Shown: piece after piece, positions 26,655-38,900 of the stretch | How positions within the stretch are numbered: position 1 is the first letter of the stretch | Layout: every line of letters starts with the position of its first letter | Assembly (NCBI RefSeq): GCF_000485595.1 | Contig: NW_014577063.1 | Span: 3,727 to 48,543, forward strand | DNA: 44,817 nucleotides | Source: Priapulus caudatus | Taxonomy: Eukaryota | Direction: 5' to 3' | Made by a program: the position numbers and the translations under genes | The notes under the pieces: model-generated | The model's input: the letters and a program-made list of their open reading frames with translations, nothing else | Databases searched by the model: none | What the model was told of the DNA's origin: nothing

Positions 26655-26845
26655 TAGGGAGCAGAGAACAACGAACAAAAATGTCGCTACATGGCGCCCA
26701 AAACAAAGATTGCAGAGCTGAGAGGCGGGGGAGCACAGGGTGTGGCGAGCGAAGCGGAGGAACCATTAAAATATTAAGTCATTCACTATTTTGCGCAGTT
26801 CGCTGTTTTTGGCCCCCCTGTTAAAAAATCCTGGCTACGCCACTG
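26655..26845. mobile_element. hAT-like element end; second copy at ~30565-30764
   Basis: ~190 bp shared sequence ending aaaatcctggctacgccactg (reverse complement CAGTGGCGTAGCCAGG). Confidence 0.6.
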
Positions 26846-27966
26846 TTCAGCTTCACAAGAGGAAATATCGCAGGATTTGCGCACGCGAATTGCAGAGCGC
26901 CATCTTTTTCGTACGGCCGACGGCGGCTATATATCCTATGATCAGCACTGGACATAGTCTCCGGTCGACGATTTTACCGCCCGCACTTCTTTCCGACGTC
27001 GCCTCTGCGACGGGCTGAGACGCTAGCGAATATTTTTTTTTATCGTATGCACCTAGTGTTGGCGACGTGCTCTCTAGGAAAATTGCAGAAATTCAGCGAA
27101 ATACTGTTTCCGTTGGCAACTCTAAGACATCCAGTGAACTCCGTTTGTGCGCTTTGGCTATGCATATACACATTTCGAATAATTTCTCAGCTTTCCAAGG
27201 AGATATATCGGAGGATTTGCGCATGCTCGTTCGCGCCGAAAATATAGAGCATAAGACGAAATTATGCATTCTCGAAATTTCGAAAACCATTCTCGGGCTA
27301 TCAAAACATGGAAATATTCGGAATTTCGAGCTATGGAGCTATAGGAAAACATGGTAAAATTCGGCGACCGCCCGCGTATTTGAGCGTTATTTGCTACGTA
27401 GAGCGCCATCTTTTTCGTATGCAGACGTCCCAAGTGTCCCGCCGGTCTCATCGGAATCCTCCCGGTACGACATGCTGGTCCCGCTGACCGCTGCTCCGGT
27501 ATATGAGTCAAGAAAGTCCCGGTCGTAACATTTTTCAGCCATGTTTTCAAATTTACATCAGTAAATTACTATATTTGCCGTGGTTGTTGATGTACTTTGA
27601 TTCCAGCGAACAATAAAAGGCCACAAATGTCAAACACTTGTTTTTTNNNNNNNNNNNNNNNNNNNNNNNNNNNNNNNNNNNNNNNNNNNNNNNNNNNNNN
27701 NNNNNNNNNNNNNNNNNNNNNNNNNNNNNNNNNNNNNNNNNNNNNNNNNNNNNNNNNNNNNNNNNNNNNNNNNNNNNNNNNNNNNNNNNNNNNNNNNNNN
27801 NNNNNNNNNNNNNNNNNNNNNNNNNNNNNNNNNNNNNNNNNNNNNNNNNNNNNNNNNNNNNNNNNNNNNNNNNNNNNNNNNNNNNNNNNNNNNNNNNNNN
27901 NNNNNNNNNNNNNNNNNNNNNNNNNNNNNNNNNNNNNNNNNNNNNNNNNNNNNNNNNNNNNNNNNN

Positions 27967-28028
<62 letters not shown>

Positions 28029-28740
28029 TGAAGTGAGAACCTTTTCATTGTGTGTGATAGTGCGTCAACGATTGGCTTCTTTCCCTTTTTTTTCCGTCCA
28101 GACCCCCCCTACTCGCGCAGAAAACGCATCTGAGGGGGTCTAATTTAAAAAAAATTTCTGGGGGAAGGCCACCCAGACCCCCCCTTCGCGTGCTCGCTAC
28201 TCGTGTCCCCCCCCCACATTTCAAAATGGATTTGCGCGCCTGGTATCCTATGATCAGCACTGGACATACATTGAAATTTCGACCGAAAATCACCTCCCAA
28301 CCCTAACAGTAACAGTATCCTTAATCCTCCGCCGATAGAGGGGGTAATTCCAAAAACATGGCCGCCCGCTGTTGGCAGTAGTTGAGTAATGTCAATTTTT
28401 CCATATTCAAAACTTATATATTGAGTTAGGGAGATAATATTACTATGATAAATTATCATAATTAGGTATAAACGTTTTCGATTTATTGTGATATGTCGAT
28501 TAAAGTATTAATATTCATAACAAGCCCTCTCACGGCTGTGTTTACCAATATAATGAATATATATGCCCATGATTATAATTATTAATAATAATATTATTAA
28601 TATTAATATCATATGTAGCTCCAACTCCAAGAAACGGTCTTGCTAGGGTTAGAAGACCGTTTCAAACATTGGCGGCAGCTAAACACGTAGTTGTCTTATT
28701 TGCCAAGTATCGCCAAAGAACACTTCACATGCGATCACTG

Positions 28741-28774
28741 ATCAGGAGTCTATCAATATTGATAGACTCCTGAT
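28741..28774. repeat. Perfect 34-bp palindrome
   Basis: atcaggagtctatcaat|attgatagactcctgat. Confidence 0.92.
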
Positions 28775-29217
28775 GTGATATATAATACCAAATGAATCAG
28801 AATACATCCACCTTCTTGTAACCATCAGTGCGCTACGATGCGCTGGATACTTACGGGGTTACAGCGACTTTTTGAGACTAATGCAACCAAAATCATGAAT
28901 TCGCCACCATGTTGTATCATTCCGACTGTGACTAAAATCCGCAACAGATCAAACAAGGGCAATTAAACGATCTGCGGTCCTCATGTAAACCACCCCTACA
29001 TCCGAGAACATGTCATCTAAGGTTTTTACAAATGGCCCAGACATTTGTGAACATTGTTCCACTTGCTTTGGTGTATAATTTCTGTGAGAGCCATCGTGCA
29101 ACTATTGTACTAATTTTATAGTATTTTCTAGCGAGTCTTTTCCGTTTCGGGTTTTCCGTGTCGCTCTTCCGTTGAGCATGTGCAGTGTAAACATGGCGGG
29201 TAAACAATCGTGGAAAG

Positions 29218-29646
29218 CACATGCACTTGGAGCGTTTCAATAAAATATAATGCTAAATAATACAGAAATCTATTTACTACCGAAACGTCTTTAATGTTTC
29301 TAATACTCTCTTTACCTATTATTGGCCCGCAGCAATTTTCTGTAAATGCCCGTCAAATGCTCCATCGCAACAAACGCACATGGCCCGCCAGCGCGCTGAC
29401 AACACTGACACATAAATATAGTAGTGTGTGCATATAAATATATATTCAAACTATATAATATGTGTGCAGTGTCAGCAAGCAGCCCAGCATTGATTGCAGA
29501 TAAGCATTTGAACGAAGATTTACAGAAAAATTGTCCGGCAAATAATAGGTGAAACGAAGAGTAAATAGAAAATTAAGACTTTGCTAGTAAATAGATTTCG
29601 TATTTATTTAGCATTATATTTTATTGAAACGCTCCAAGTGCCTGTG
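29218..29646. mobile_element. Long-TIR non-autonomous DNA transposon (P-element- or hAT-like ends)
   Basis: CACATGCACTTGGAGCGTTTCAATAAAA.. / ..TTTTATTGAAACGCTCCAAGTGCCTGTG; arms over 130 bp; exact 8-bp TSD GTGGAAAG. Confidence 0.88.
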
Positions 29647-29773
29647 GTGGAAAGCTGCTTGGAAAGTTGATATGCTGTGAGAATAAGCAGATTATACCAT
29701 GAATTAGGAGATACATTCTAGTTTAGAAGCAGGACAACTGTGAGTTAATGTTCATATTTCAAACAAGGCAAGT

Positions 29774-30902
29774 CAGTGCTCAAAATAAGCGTTGTCCGGT
29801 TGTCCGAGACAACCAGAATTTGCGCCGGACAACCTAACCAGTCTGAGACATTGTCCGGTGGACAACCAAGAAACCCTATCGCTATCCCTAAAGCTGGGGG
29901 CACACGAGCGTGTTTTATCGCCCGATCGCGGCGATTAAAATCGCCAGCGAATTTGATCGCTCGATCACGAAGGGGCACACGTAGCGAATTTGAGAGCCAT
30001 CTAACATTTTTGATACGGGCGATTCGTACGGGCGATTAAAATCGGCGTCGACGTGAACGGGCACACGGGCGAATTTTTTGAGCGATTTTAAAATTCGCCG
30101 CAATCGGGCGATAAAAATCGCTCGTGTGCCCCTACCCTAACCCTAACACTAACTCTAAACCGACTTGGCTATCTTATATACGCGTGGTACCCAGTTAATC
30201 TATGGTGTATAGCCTTTTGCTTTCAATATTTTGCATCTGAACTGACAATTAATCCCAACCAACTGGTGTAGGCTAGCTGGCACAATAATGTTCATGCAGT
30301 TTCATACTTCAAATCCGAGTGTTTTCTAGCTCATCAAGAAATCTTAATCGTGAATTAAATTGTGAATAACATAAAAATATGGGACCAGCTGCTATTTCCA
30401 ACACTGGTATATGTCAGGTTTTCTGATTTGTGAGAGGTGAACTCGATTTGGAACTAGCAAACCAGCAAGTTTCCAAAATTTGCTGGGGGAGGACCCCCAT
30501 ACCCCCCCCGCCTGTTTTTTACTCCCTCCTTGGAATCCTAGACCCGGCACTGAACAATTACATATCTTGGGAGCAGAAAACAATGAACAAAAATGTCGCC
30601 TTTTCGCATGGCGCCCAAAACAAAGATTGCAGAGCTGAGAGGTAGAGGAGTCGTAAGGTGTGGAGAGGGAGGCGGAGGAGCCAGTAAAATATTAAGTCAT
30701 CCAGTATTTTGCGCAGTTTGCTGTTTTTGGCCCCCTTGTTAGAAAATCCTGGCTACGCCATTGTTTTCGGGTGTTTTCTGATCATATTATTGTGATTGAA
30801 AATAGGAGATTTGGGGATATTTTTTGGGACAACCAGAAATTGTTGCGGACAACCCAATTTGATGCCTGGACAACCAAATTTTTTTTCTTATTTCGAGCAC
30901 TG
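29774..30902. mobile_element. Non-autonomous DNA transposon with 5-bp TSD (hAT5-like), containing nested insertions
   Basis: TIR CAGTGCTCAAAATAAG / CTTATTTCGAGCACTG; TSD CAAGT (29769-73, 30903-07); subterminal GGACAACC repeats. Confidence 0.75.
29892..30137. mobile_element. PIF/Harbinger-type MITE
   Basis: TIR ggggcacacgagcg..ttttatcgcccgat / atcgggcgataaaaatcgctcgtgtgcccc; flanked by TAA within a ccctaa-like run. Confidence 0.75.
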
Positions 30903-31394
30903 CAAGTCAAAGGTGGTAATAGAATAGTTTTATTTGAGATATACAGAGTTATTCATCTAGATCTGCAGAGGTGATAGGTTTTTTGTATGGAAGGGTGTCA
31001 GGCTGTATCTAGACAATCGGTCGCACAGCCTGGTCGGGCTACTAGTAATAATATGTGTTACTGTTCTGGTCTATTATACTATTAGTATATTTGATGAAAC
31101 AACATTATTCCCTTATATAAAGCACTTCTTCTCAACACTTTCATTTCTTATATACAGTGTATATATAGTGGTTATATATATACAGTATAGTCCACTGCAG
31201 CGATTCCACTTGAGTGGGACTAATAATGCGAAGGAGTAGTATTACAGTATTAGTTTACTAATATATGTCTATTTATTCAATTACATTAAGAGATCAAACA
31301 AAACTTGTTTTTTCCTATAATCACTCGGGCGATGATACTAAAACGTGTTAACGCCTGTGAATCTCTTTTGCATTCAGTAGAAGCAGCCGTCGCC

Positions 31395-31753
31395 ATGTAC
31401 AGGCTCGGTGCGTCCGTGCTGCGACGCAGATGTGCGGATCCACTGCAGCACTATACGAGGAGATTGGCTGTCATAGCGGTGCAACCCCGCCTCGCTGCCG
31501 TGTCGTCGTGCGATACCTGTCGTGAATGCTCGGCTAGGACAGCCCACGACGCAGGCGAGAATCGGCCGACATTGCTCTACCCTGGATGGGCGGGACCCGC
31601 TCTCCACGCGAAAATGCCTAGGAGGGGATCGTCGTCGGGGCCGGGGTACAAGAACTTTGGTCACAAGGTTCATGTGTCGTCGCCTGTTTTCGTGAAGTTG
31701 TACTACGCGTCGCTGGGAGCGATTATCTTTGCCTGTGCTCTCAATTACGAATG
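31395..31753 (+). CDS. MICU1: MICU1 first coding exon: Arg-rich mitochondrial targeting sequence plus hydrophobic segment
   Basis: Kozak-like gccgtcgccATG at 31395. Acceptor tctcttttgcattcag ends at 31377. Reads [12 protein letters not shown]...YKNFGHK...[21 protein letters not shown]. Donor tg|gtgagt (phase 2) matches the next exon. Confidence 0.8.
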
Positions 31754-34700
31754 GTGAGTGTCGCGGCGTAGTCTCGTGAGGCATAGTCTCGTGAGGCATA
31801 GTCTCGTGAGGCATAGTCTCGTGAACGTATTGTAAGGTATTTGTTAAATTGACTACGTCACGAATTTTCTATGGTAAAATTTTGTAAAATTTTGTTGCCA
31901 TTGTTGGCCAATTGCCAAAAAAAGCCCCCCCCCCGCCTGGACGGTTTGATATCATGTTCGCTGGACATCTAATTGGGCTTGCTATGGGCTATGTATGAGT
32001 CACGAGTGTATGTTCACATGCGAATCAATATAGTAAAATAGGACGTATAATGCAGCAATTTAACCATAAAAAGTGAAACAGAATTACTTATATTCTTGTG
32101 AAAAAGTGGAAATATTTTTTTTTATTTTTTACTATTTACCGTTGACGTAATCACTTTAACACGTGATACACTCGTGATTATTATTGACCAATAGCAATAA
32201 AGCGCTGACGTGTGGTCAGTTCCATGCACAACCAGCAAGGTCGTTGGGTCGATTCTGCTACAGTGACTGTTTCGGGACGGTCAGCGTGGCAACGTAGTGG
32301 CGCATCTGCTGACGATTTCATTTTGCGGTAGAATTTTTTCCTGCTAGTGCAGGTAGTTATGTCATGGACATGTTTATAGACTGGTACCTATCTGGATAGA
32401 CCGGCTACTATAGTCGATTGCACCTATAGATCTGGATATTGAGACAATGGTAACAAAGTCTAGAGACCGGCCACTAGTCGATCGCATCTCACGGGATCGA
32501 AAGTCACGCGCTAGTTTTATTTATTCACATATGTAAACAAATCAAATTTAAACTGCAGATCGGTGCGCATGTTGGTAAAGCGAACGATGTGCGAGTGTTC
32601 TATGACACGTTGGGCTTACTGTATGCGCTCGGCGGTTACACAAGCAGTACCGGTAACCATCCGGTCGAGAACATGTGGTTAGAGAAAACAAAACACGAGG
32701 ATTTCCTCGCTCTGAAACAGGTTCGCAGAACTGAAGGACGAATTGACGGAATACGTTAAGAGGAAGACGAGAGTTGACGCCAAGGAGGTCGCGAAGGAAG
32801 CTGACGTGGGCGCCGGCCGGGAGGAAGCCACGATCGATGGCGACGCGTTGCAGGGAATCCCCGGGGAGAGCGACGAGGACGAGGAGGAGGAGGAGGAGGG
32901 CGCAGAGGAGAAACCGAAGAAGAAGAAGAGGAAGGGACCTGGCTTTCGAGACAGGAAGGTGCGTGGTGATTGCGCGCGGATCGCGTGATCGCTTAATCGC
33001 GTAAGCGCACGCAGATTGTGTAATCACGCAGGGGTCGCCTAATCGCGCGCGGATTGCTTGATCGCACGACGACGTGAGCTTTTCTCACACACACCTAACC
33101 GGGACTCTACCAATCATGCGAATGCTTAAGAATCAGTATCGCGCAGTGCTTAGCAAACAACTGCGATTGATCTGCGAATTGCGTCGTGCTTTTTTTGATT
33201 TCCGATGAAACTCGGGTACCAGATGATAAGGGTTTTATTCAGTAGAGAGGGTCGAACGGTCGGACGTATCGATTCGTGTATCATCGTGGTTTGTATTGCG
33301 ATACATTGATAAATCTCGTGTATCGTTAACGATCAAACGTATCGATGCACTTATCGTCGAGGTGTGTCCTGCACTACAGTGATAAAATCGACAAATCGTA
33401 TCCGTCCTCGCACCGTACTAACGTACTCTGTGCTAACGACTCTGTGGTAACGACTTTGCGGTAACGACTGCGGTAACGACGCTGCGCTAACGACTGTGCT
33501 AATGACTCTGCGCTAACGACTCTGCGCTAACGACTCTGCGCTAACGACGCTGCGCTAACGACTCTGCGCTAACGACTCTGCGCTAACGACTCTGCATTAA
33601 CGACTGCGCTAACGACTCTGCGCTAACGACTGCGCTAACGACTCTGCGCTAACGACTCTGCGCTAACGACTGCGCTAACGACTCTGCGCTAACGACGGTT
33701 TCAGATAATCGAGTACGAGAACCGAATCCGTGCGTACTCGACTCCCGACAAGATCTTCCGGCTGTTTGCGACGTTGAAGGTCTACGTCGCGGGCCGGGGA
33801 CTGGGAAGCCCTTCATGACGCCGGACGACTTCGTGCGATCCATCACTCCCGGCATGAAGCAACCCGACGGTGAGCCGGCGACCCTTATATGGAGGGAGCG
33901 TACGGTCGACCCTTATACGGAGGGGGCGTACGGTCGGTGCATGGCGGCGGTGCGTGATTGGTTGAACGCAATCTGTGAAGTGTCTGCCATCTCGGCCATT
34001 CAGACGTCAATGGTGCTTTAGAATGCGTTTTGTATTGCGGCACCGCAGGCCGCACGTTTGCCGGACAACGTGCGCGGATTTGGTACGATTTTAGTTTCCG
34101 GTACAATTCTGAGTATCGTTTGACTTTGCAGGGCTCGGGCTGGACCAGTTCCGAACCTTCGATCCAAGGGTGAGTGAGCAAACGCTAACAGACGTTCGCT
34201 TGTTTCTCCGGCAAGCGAGGTTTCGTTTGTCGCGCACGTCCGTCTCCCCGCGCGCTCGCCCGGCCATGCTCCTGCTGCGCGCGGCCGTCGGCGAGCTGGA
34301 CGATCGCTGAGACAGATTGTGAAGCTGATATTACTGGTGAAAAGCAGCAGAGCCTGAAGACTGAAGAGTGACCTATTTTACAGCTATTTTAGCGTTTACT
34401 AATTTTACCTATTATAGTTTACCTGTGGCTTTAGCAGCCCACGGAGCGACCGACCGTTCAATGGGCACCCGGCGAAGCTATGCAGTACATCATTCTCTGT
34501 AGAATGCTCTCTTTTTTTAAACAATTTTACCCGCTTAAGGACGTAGTATGCGTTCGGGGAATGCGAAATTTGTGTCCGTCCCCACGCGTTTACCAGACGC
34601 ATCCGAAAATAAATAATGCACCCGGGTTGATTTGATCATATTGATTTGACAGTGTTGATTTGACCATATTGATTTGACCGTGTTGATTTGACCGTGTTGA

Positions 34701-35657
34701 TTTGACCGTGTTGATTTGACCGTGTTGATTTGACTGTATTGATTTGACCGTGTTGATTTGACCGGTATTGATTTGACGGCCGCTGTTGATTCTGAACCGT
34801 GTTGATTTGCTTGTGTTGATTTGACCGTGTTGATTTGGCTGTATTGATTTGACCGTATTGATTTGACCGTGTTGATTTGGCCGTGTTGATTTGGCCATGT
34901 TGATTTGACTGGGTTGAATCGTTTACGATGGAAGTTTTGAATCGTTAGCCCGATCTCTCCGCAGCATCCCTCCCAGCCATTCACACTAATTCCTCATCAT
35001 CAGCTTATAGTCGTAGGGCCGTTTAAGCCCTATTCATGATGGTGTCGGTGTTTCTGCGCTTAGTACTGCTGGCCCTTCCCCACGAGTCCGCACCTACACA
35101 CGTACACTCACATCGCGGGCGACGAACAGTGTACGTGCAACTAAGCCTCTCGCTCCTCTCTCTCCTCTCTTCTTAGGGACAGTGATTTTCCGTTTCAAAA
35201 AAAAGGCCTTTTTCGTTTGGAAAATTCATGAATTGCGCGTTTCAAAGTGCTGAAAAACGGAAATTCCGTTTGCCATAGACTTTGCACACATGAATAAAAC
35301 AAAAATTCCCGTTTAGCATATTTGTATGAACACAAAAATTATTTGGTACAACCGTGAAAGCGGAACGGCACTGAAACAGCAGGGCTACCAAAATCGTAAT
35401 TGTAAGTAATTTCGCTTCTGAAAAGCTTGTCTGAATGTAAACGCATATCATGTACCACTGGGCTATGTCGACTGTTTTGTGGTGATTTTATTGACTCTTC
35501 CATGTTGTAATATGTTCAAATTAGCGTTTTCCCGCATTTTTGCCGTTGAAAACATGCATTTTCCGCTTTGCCAATGGCCGTTTCGCATGTTTTTCCGTCG
35601 TTTGCCGCGATCGCAGAATGCCTGTCCCTTCTCCTCTCTCTCTCTCTCTCTCTCTCT

Positions 35658-35690
<33 letters not shown>

Positions 35691-35912
35691 CCTCTCTCTC
35701 TTCTCTCTCTGCTCTCTCCTCTCTCTCTCGCGTTCTGGGATCATCCTTCTCTCTCTCCCAACCGTCATTCCTTTCGCTCCGCCCTCGGCTCCCTCCCTCT
35801 CCTCCTTCCCTCCCTCCGCCTCCCTCCCTCCCCTCGCTCCCTCACGTCGTCCTCTGCTCTTCTCCTGCTCCTCTGCTCTCTCTGCTGCTCCTCTCTCTCT
35901 CTGCTCTCTCTC

Positions 35913-35954
<42 letters not shown>

Positions 35955-38900
35955 ATCTCCGCCCCTTCTCTCTCCCTCTCTCTCTCTACTCGCATGTAGT
36001 TGTAGCGTTAAGTAGCGTTACTCGCTCCCCCTAGTCCCCTGTGTTTAACTAGTCGGTCGAACGTCCTGCTTAACTCATACTAGTGGCTCCCTCGCACGCG
36101 TGCTTGTGCGGCGATGGCACTTTAAGCCGTTAAATTGACTTATCTCACTGAATTTTCTAACTCTTCGGAGTAATATAAAAAAAAATTTTTATTACCGATT
36201 GTTATTTTACCGATTTTTTACATGACAATAAGTACTAAACGGACTAAACGTATCGTCACAATTGGTAGCCGCGATAAGATTTGCTTCTCACTAGTAAAAA
36301 TCCAAAAAACTGGACGATTGATACATATGATCCTGACATTAATTGGCTTGCTATGAGCTATGTTGAAAGCTCAGCGAGCGTGTATTTTACATCGAACAAT
36401 ACAGTGGAATAGGAACGTATAATGCAGCAATTTACCATAAAACGTGAACAGAAATTACTTACATTTTGTGAAAGAAGTGGAAATATTTTCTTGACTTTTA
36501 CTATTTACGGTGACGTAATCACTTTAAAACGATTAACTCGTTAACGTTTAACTGGTTACCCGTGTCTTTTCTCACACCGCTGTCGACAGGTGGAGTCGAT
36601 TGATGCGCTCACGCCGGGGGTGAGTCCTCCTCATCGTCGTCGTCGTCGTCACGGCAACCGAGCAACGCTCGTCGAATGCATCCCTCGCTTTCTTCTTCTT
36701 CGTCGTTCCCCGCGGAAACGCGATGCATTCGGCGGCGTTTGATGACGTTTTAACACGTTTTTGTCGAGATTTTTGCTCTAATCACATTCTGACGTTGATC
36801 ACCAAGCGTTTCGAGTTTTCCGATTTAACTGTTTTTTCCGTTGCGCTTTGCATCGTTTACGGCCGTATTAACTTGCACGTGCATGCTAACGCCTGGCCAG
36901 CACTGATTCGCTTTTATACAAGTTTTTAACCTTTGTTTGATTTTTCTCTGACTGGCCAGTTTAACCAACGAAAAATCCTAATATTTATTGACATGGTATA
37001 TAACCGATCGATTCTAAATGTGGCATGGCATTTAAATAAAGGGGACCATGTTCGTATGAATTTTTCTAAACTAAAATTCCAACTATTAGGGGGATAAAAA
37101 TCATAATAATGATGATGATATAATGAGGGGAACATATGCAAATGTGAGGACTAAGTCCTTTTCGTGATTGCACTTTCCATTGGTACTTTAATCTATTGTT
37201 GCATGGACATTGTTATTATAGTTTAAAAAAAACTGGTTTTTTCACTCGCATTGCATTTTTGCTAGCATGATAGCTTTGATATAGATTTCTTCGTAATGTG
37301 AATCTTGATGTACCTTTGTATTACACTCATTGTAAGTGTGTGCACTCATGTTACCAGCTCCCTATAGGAGGTCACACATAGATACGTTTGTATGGTTGCA
37401 GCGTATGTGTGTCACAGGGGCCCCTGGTTGCAGCGTGCACAGGGTTGTAGGGGTGTGTGTGTGTGTGTGTGTGTGGCAGTCTGCATGGTGTTGGGGTGGT
37501 TGCAGCATTCATGATGTTGTAGGAGGCGTCTGTTTCAGCACGTTATTGCGTCTGACGTCATCGTTGTCGTTGTCGTCTGATGTCATCGTTATCGTCTGAC
37601 GTCATCATCATTGTTGTCGTGTGATGTCATCGTTGTCGTGTGATGTCATCGTTGACGTGTAATGTCATCGTTGTCGTCTGATGTCATTGTTGTCGTGTGA
37701 CGTCATCAGCATCGTTGTCGTGTGATGTCATCGTTGACGTGTAATGTCATCGTTGTCGTCTGATGTCATTGTTGTCGTGTGAGCGTCATCATCACTGCGT
37801 TGTCGTGTGATGTCATCGTTGTTGTGTGACGTCATCGTTGGCGTTGTCGTGTGATGTCATCATTGTAGTGTGATGTCATCGTTGTCGTGTGACGTCATCG
37901 TTGTCGTGTGACGTCAGTCCGTTGTCGTGTGATGTCATCATTGTAGTCGTGAGTGTCATCGTTGTCACGTGTGACGTCATCGTTGCATCGTGTGACGATC
38001 ATCTGTTGGCGTTTGTCCGTGTTTTGATGTCATCCGTTGTCGTGTGAGCGTCATCGTTGTCGGATGTGACGTCGATCGTTGTCCGTGTGCGTCATGCGTT
38101 GTCGTCCGTCGTGTGCTTTGGCAGATGCAGACGCACCCGGGCTGTGGCGATGGCGTGAAGGCGAGGATAGGTACGTTCCCCATAGTTGGGTCAGCAAGGC
38201 CTCATCTCCTTCCTGGACTACATCTTCTGGCTGACGATCCTGTCGAGTGAGTGTGCGGCGGCGACTCGGCCCGGGAAACCCTTCCGCGACTGCTGTCACG
38301 CGCGGACCATAGAGTGAATTAATAGTGACTACAAGCATAGAAAACATAGACTTTCATGTACTGCTTCTACTTCTACTTCATCTAATACTTACTATCTCAT
38401 GATTACAATGCTGAAAACATTTCACAGTGCTCTAGAATACAGAATAATATCTCACGGTTACAATACGGAAGACATTTCACGATGCTCTATGATACAGAAT
38501 AATATCTCACGATTACTGGAAGATGAATAGGTACTAGAATCACGTGATGACCCCGGCAGGATCAGCCGAAGTTTTTGGGTCAAACACTGTCGAGGCTTAC
38601 AGATGTACGGCTGTGACTACGGCAGCGGCGCGCGCGCGCGCGTCTGCGTGCCGCAGAGCTATGTCTTACTTCGCTCGTGAGATCGTCGAGAGGCGGATCA
38701 CGTATATGCAGATGCCAGCGTTTTTTGTTCGTTCGGCTCCGGCCGAACGGTTCATTCGTATTCGGACGGCACGAGGACCTTTCCGATCACGTAATCGCGC
38801 TATTTTTGCTCAGCGGTCGGTTGGGTTGGCAGCTCCATCGGCGCCATTTTGATATATTAAAGATGTTCGATCTTGGGAACGGGCGACGGCCGAGGTAGTG

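Noticed and set aside
28847..28860. ATACTTAC resembling the U1 snRNA 5' end
   Set aside because: The match stops after 8 nt; it is simply the reverse complement of a GTAAGTAT donor-like site.
29870..30160. ccctaa runs as telomeric repeat
   Set aside because: Only a few degenerate units, inside a transposon.
33780..33808. 29-nt GT-AG intron that would repair the MICU1 frame
   Set aside because: Below normal metazoan intron size, no pyrimidine tract, and it would delete residues present in orthologs; indel errors are common in this assembly.
34535..34984. Repetitive [17 protein letters not shown]
   Set aside because: Translation of a 14-bp intronic minisatellite.
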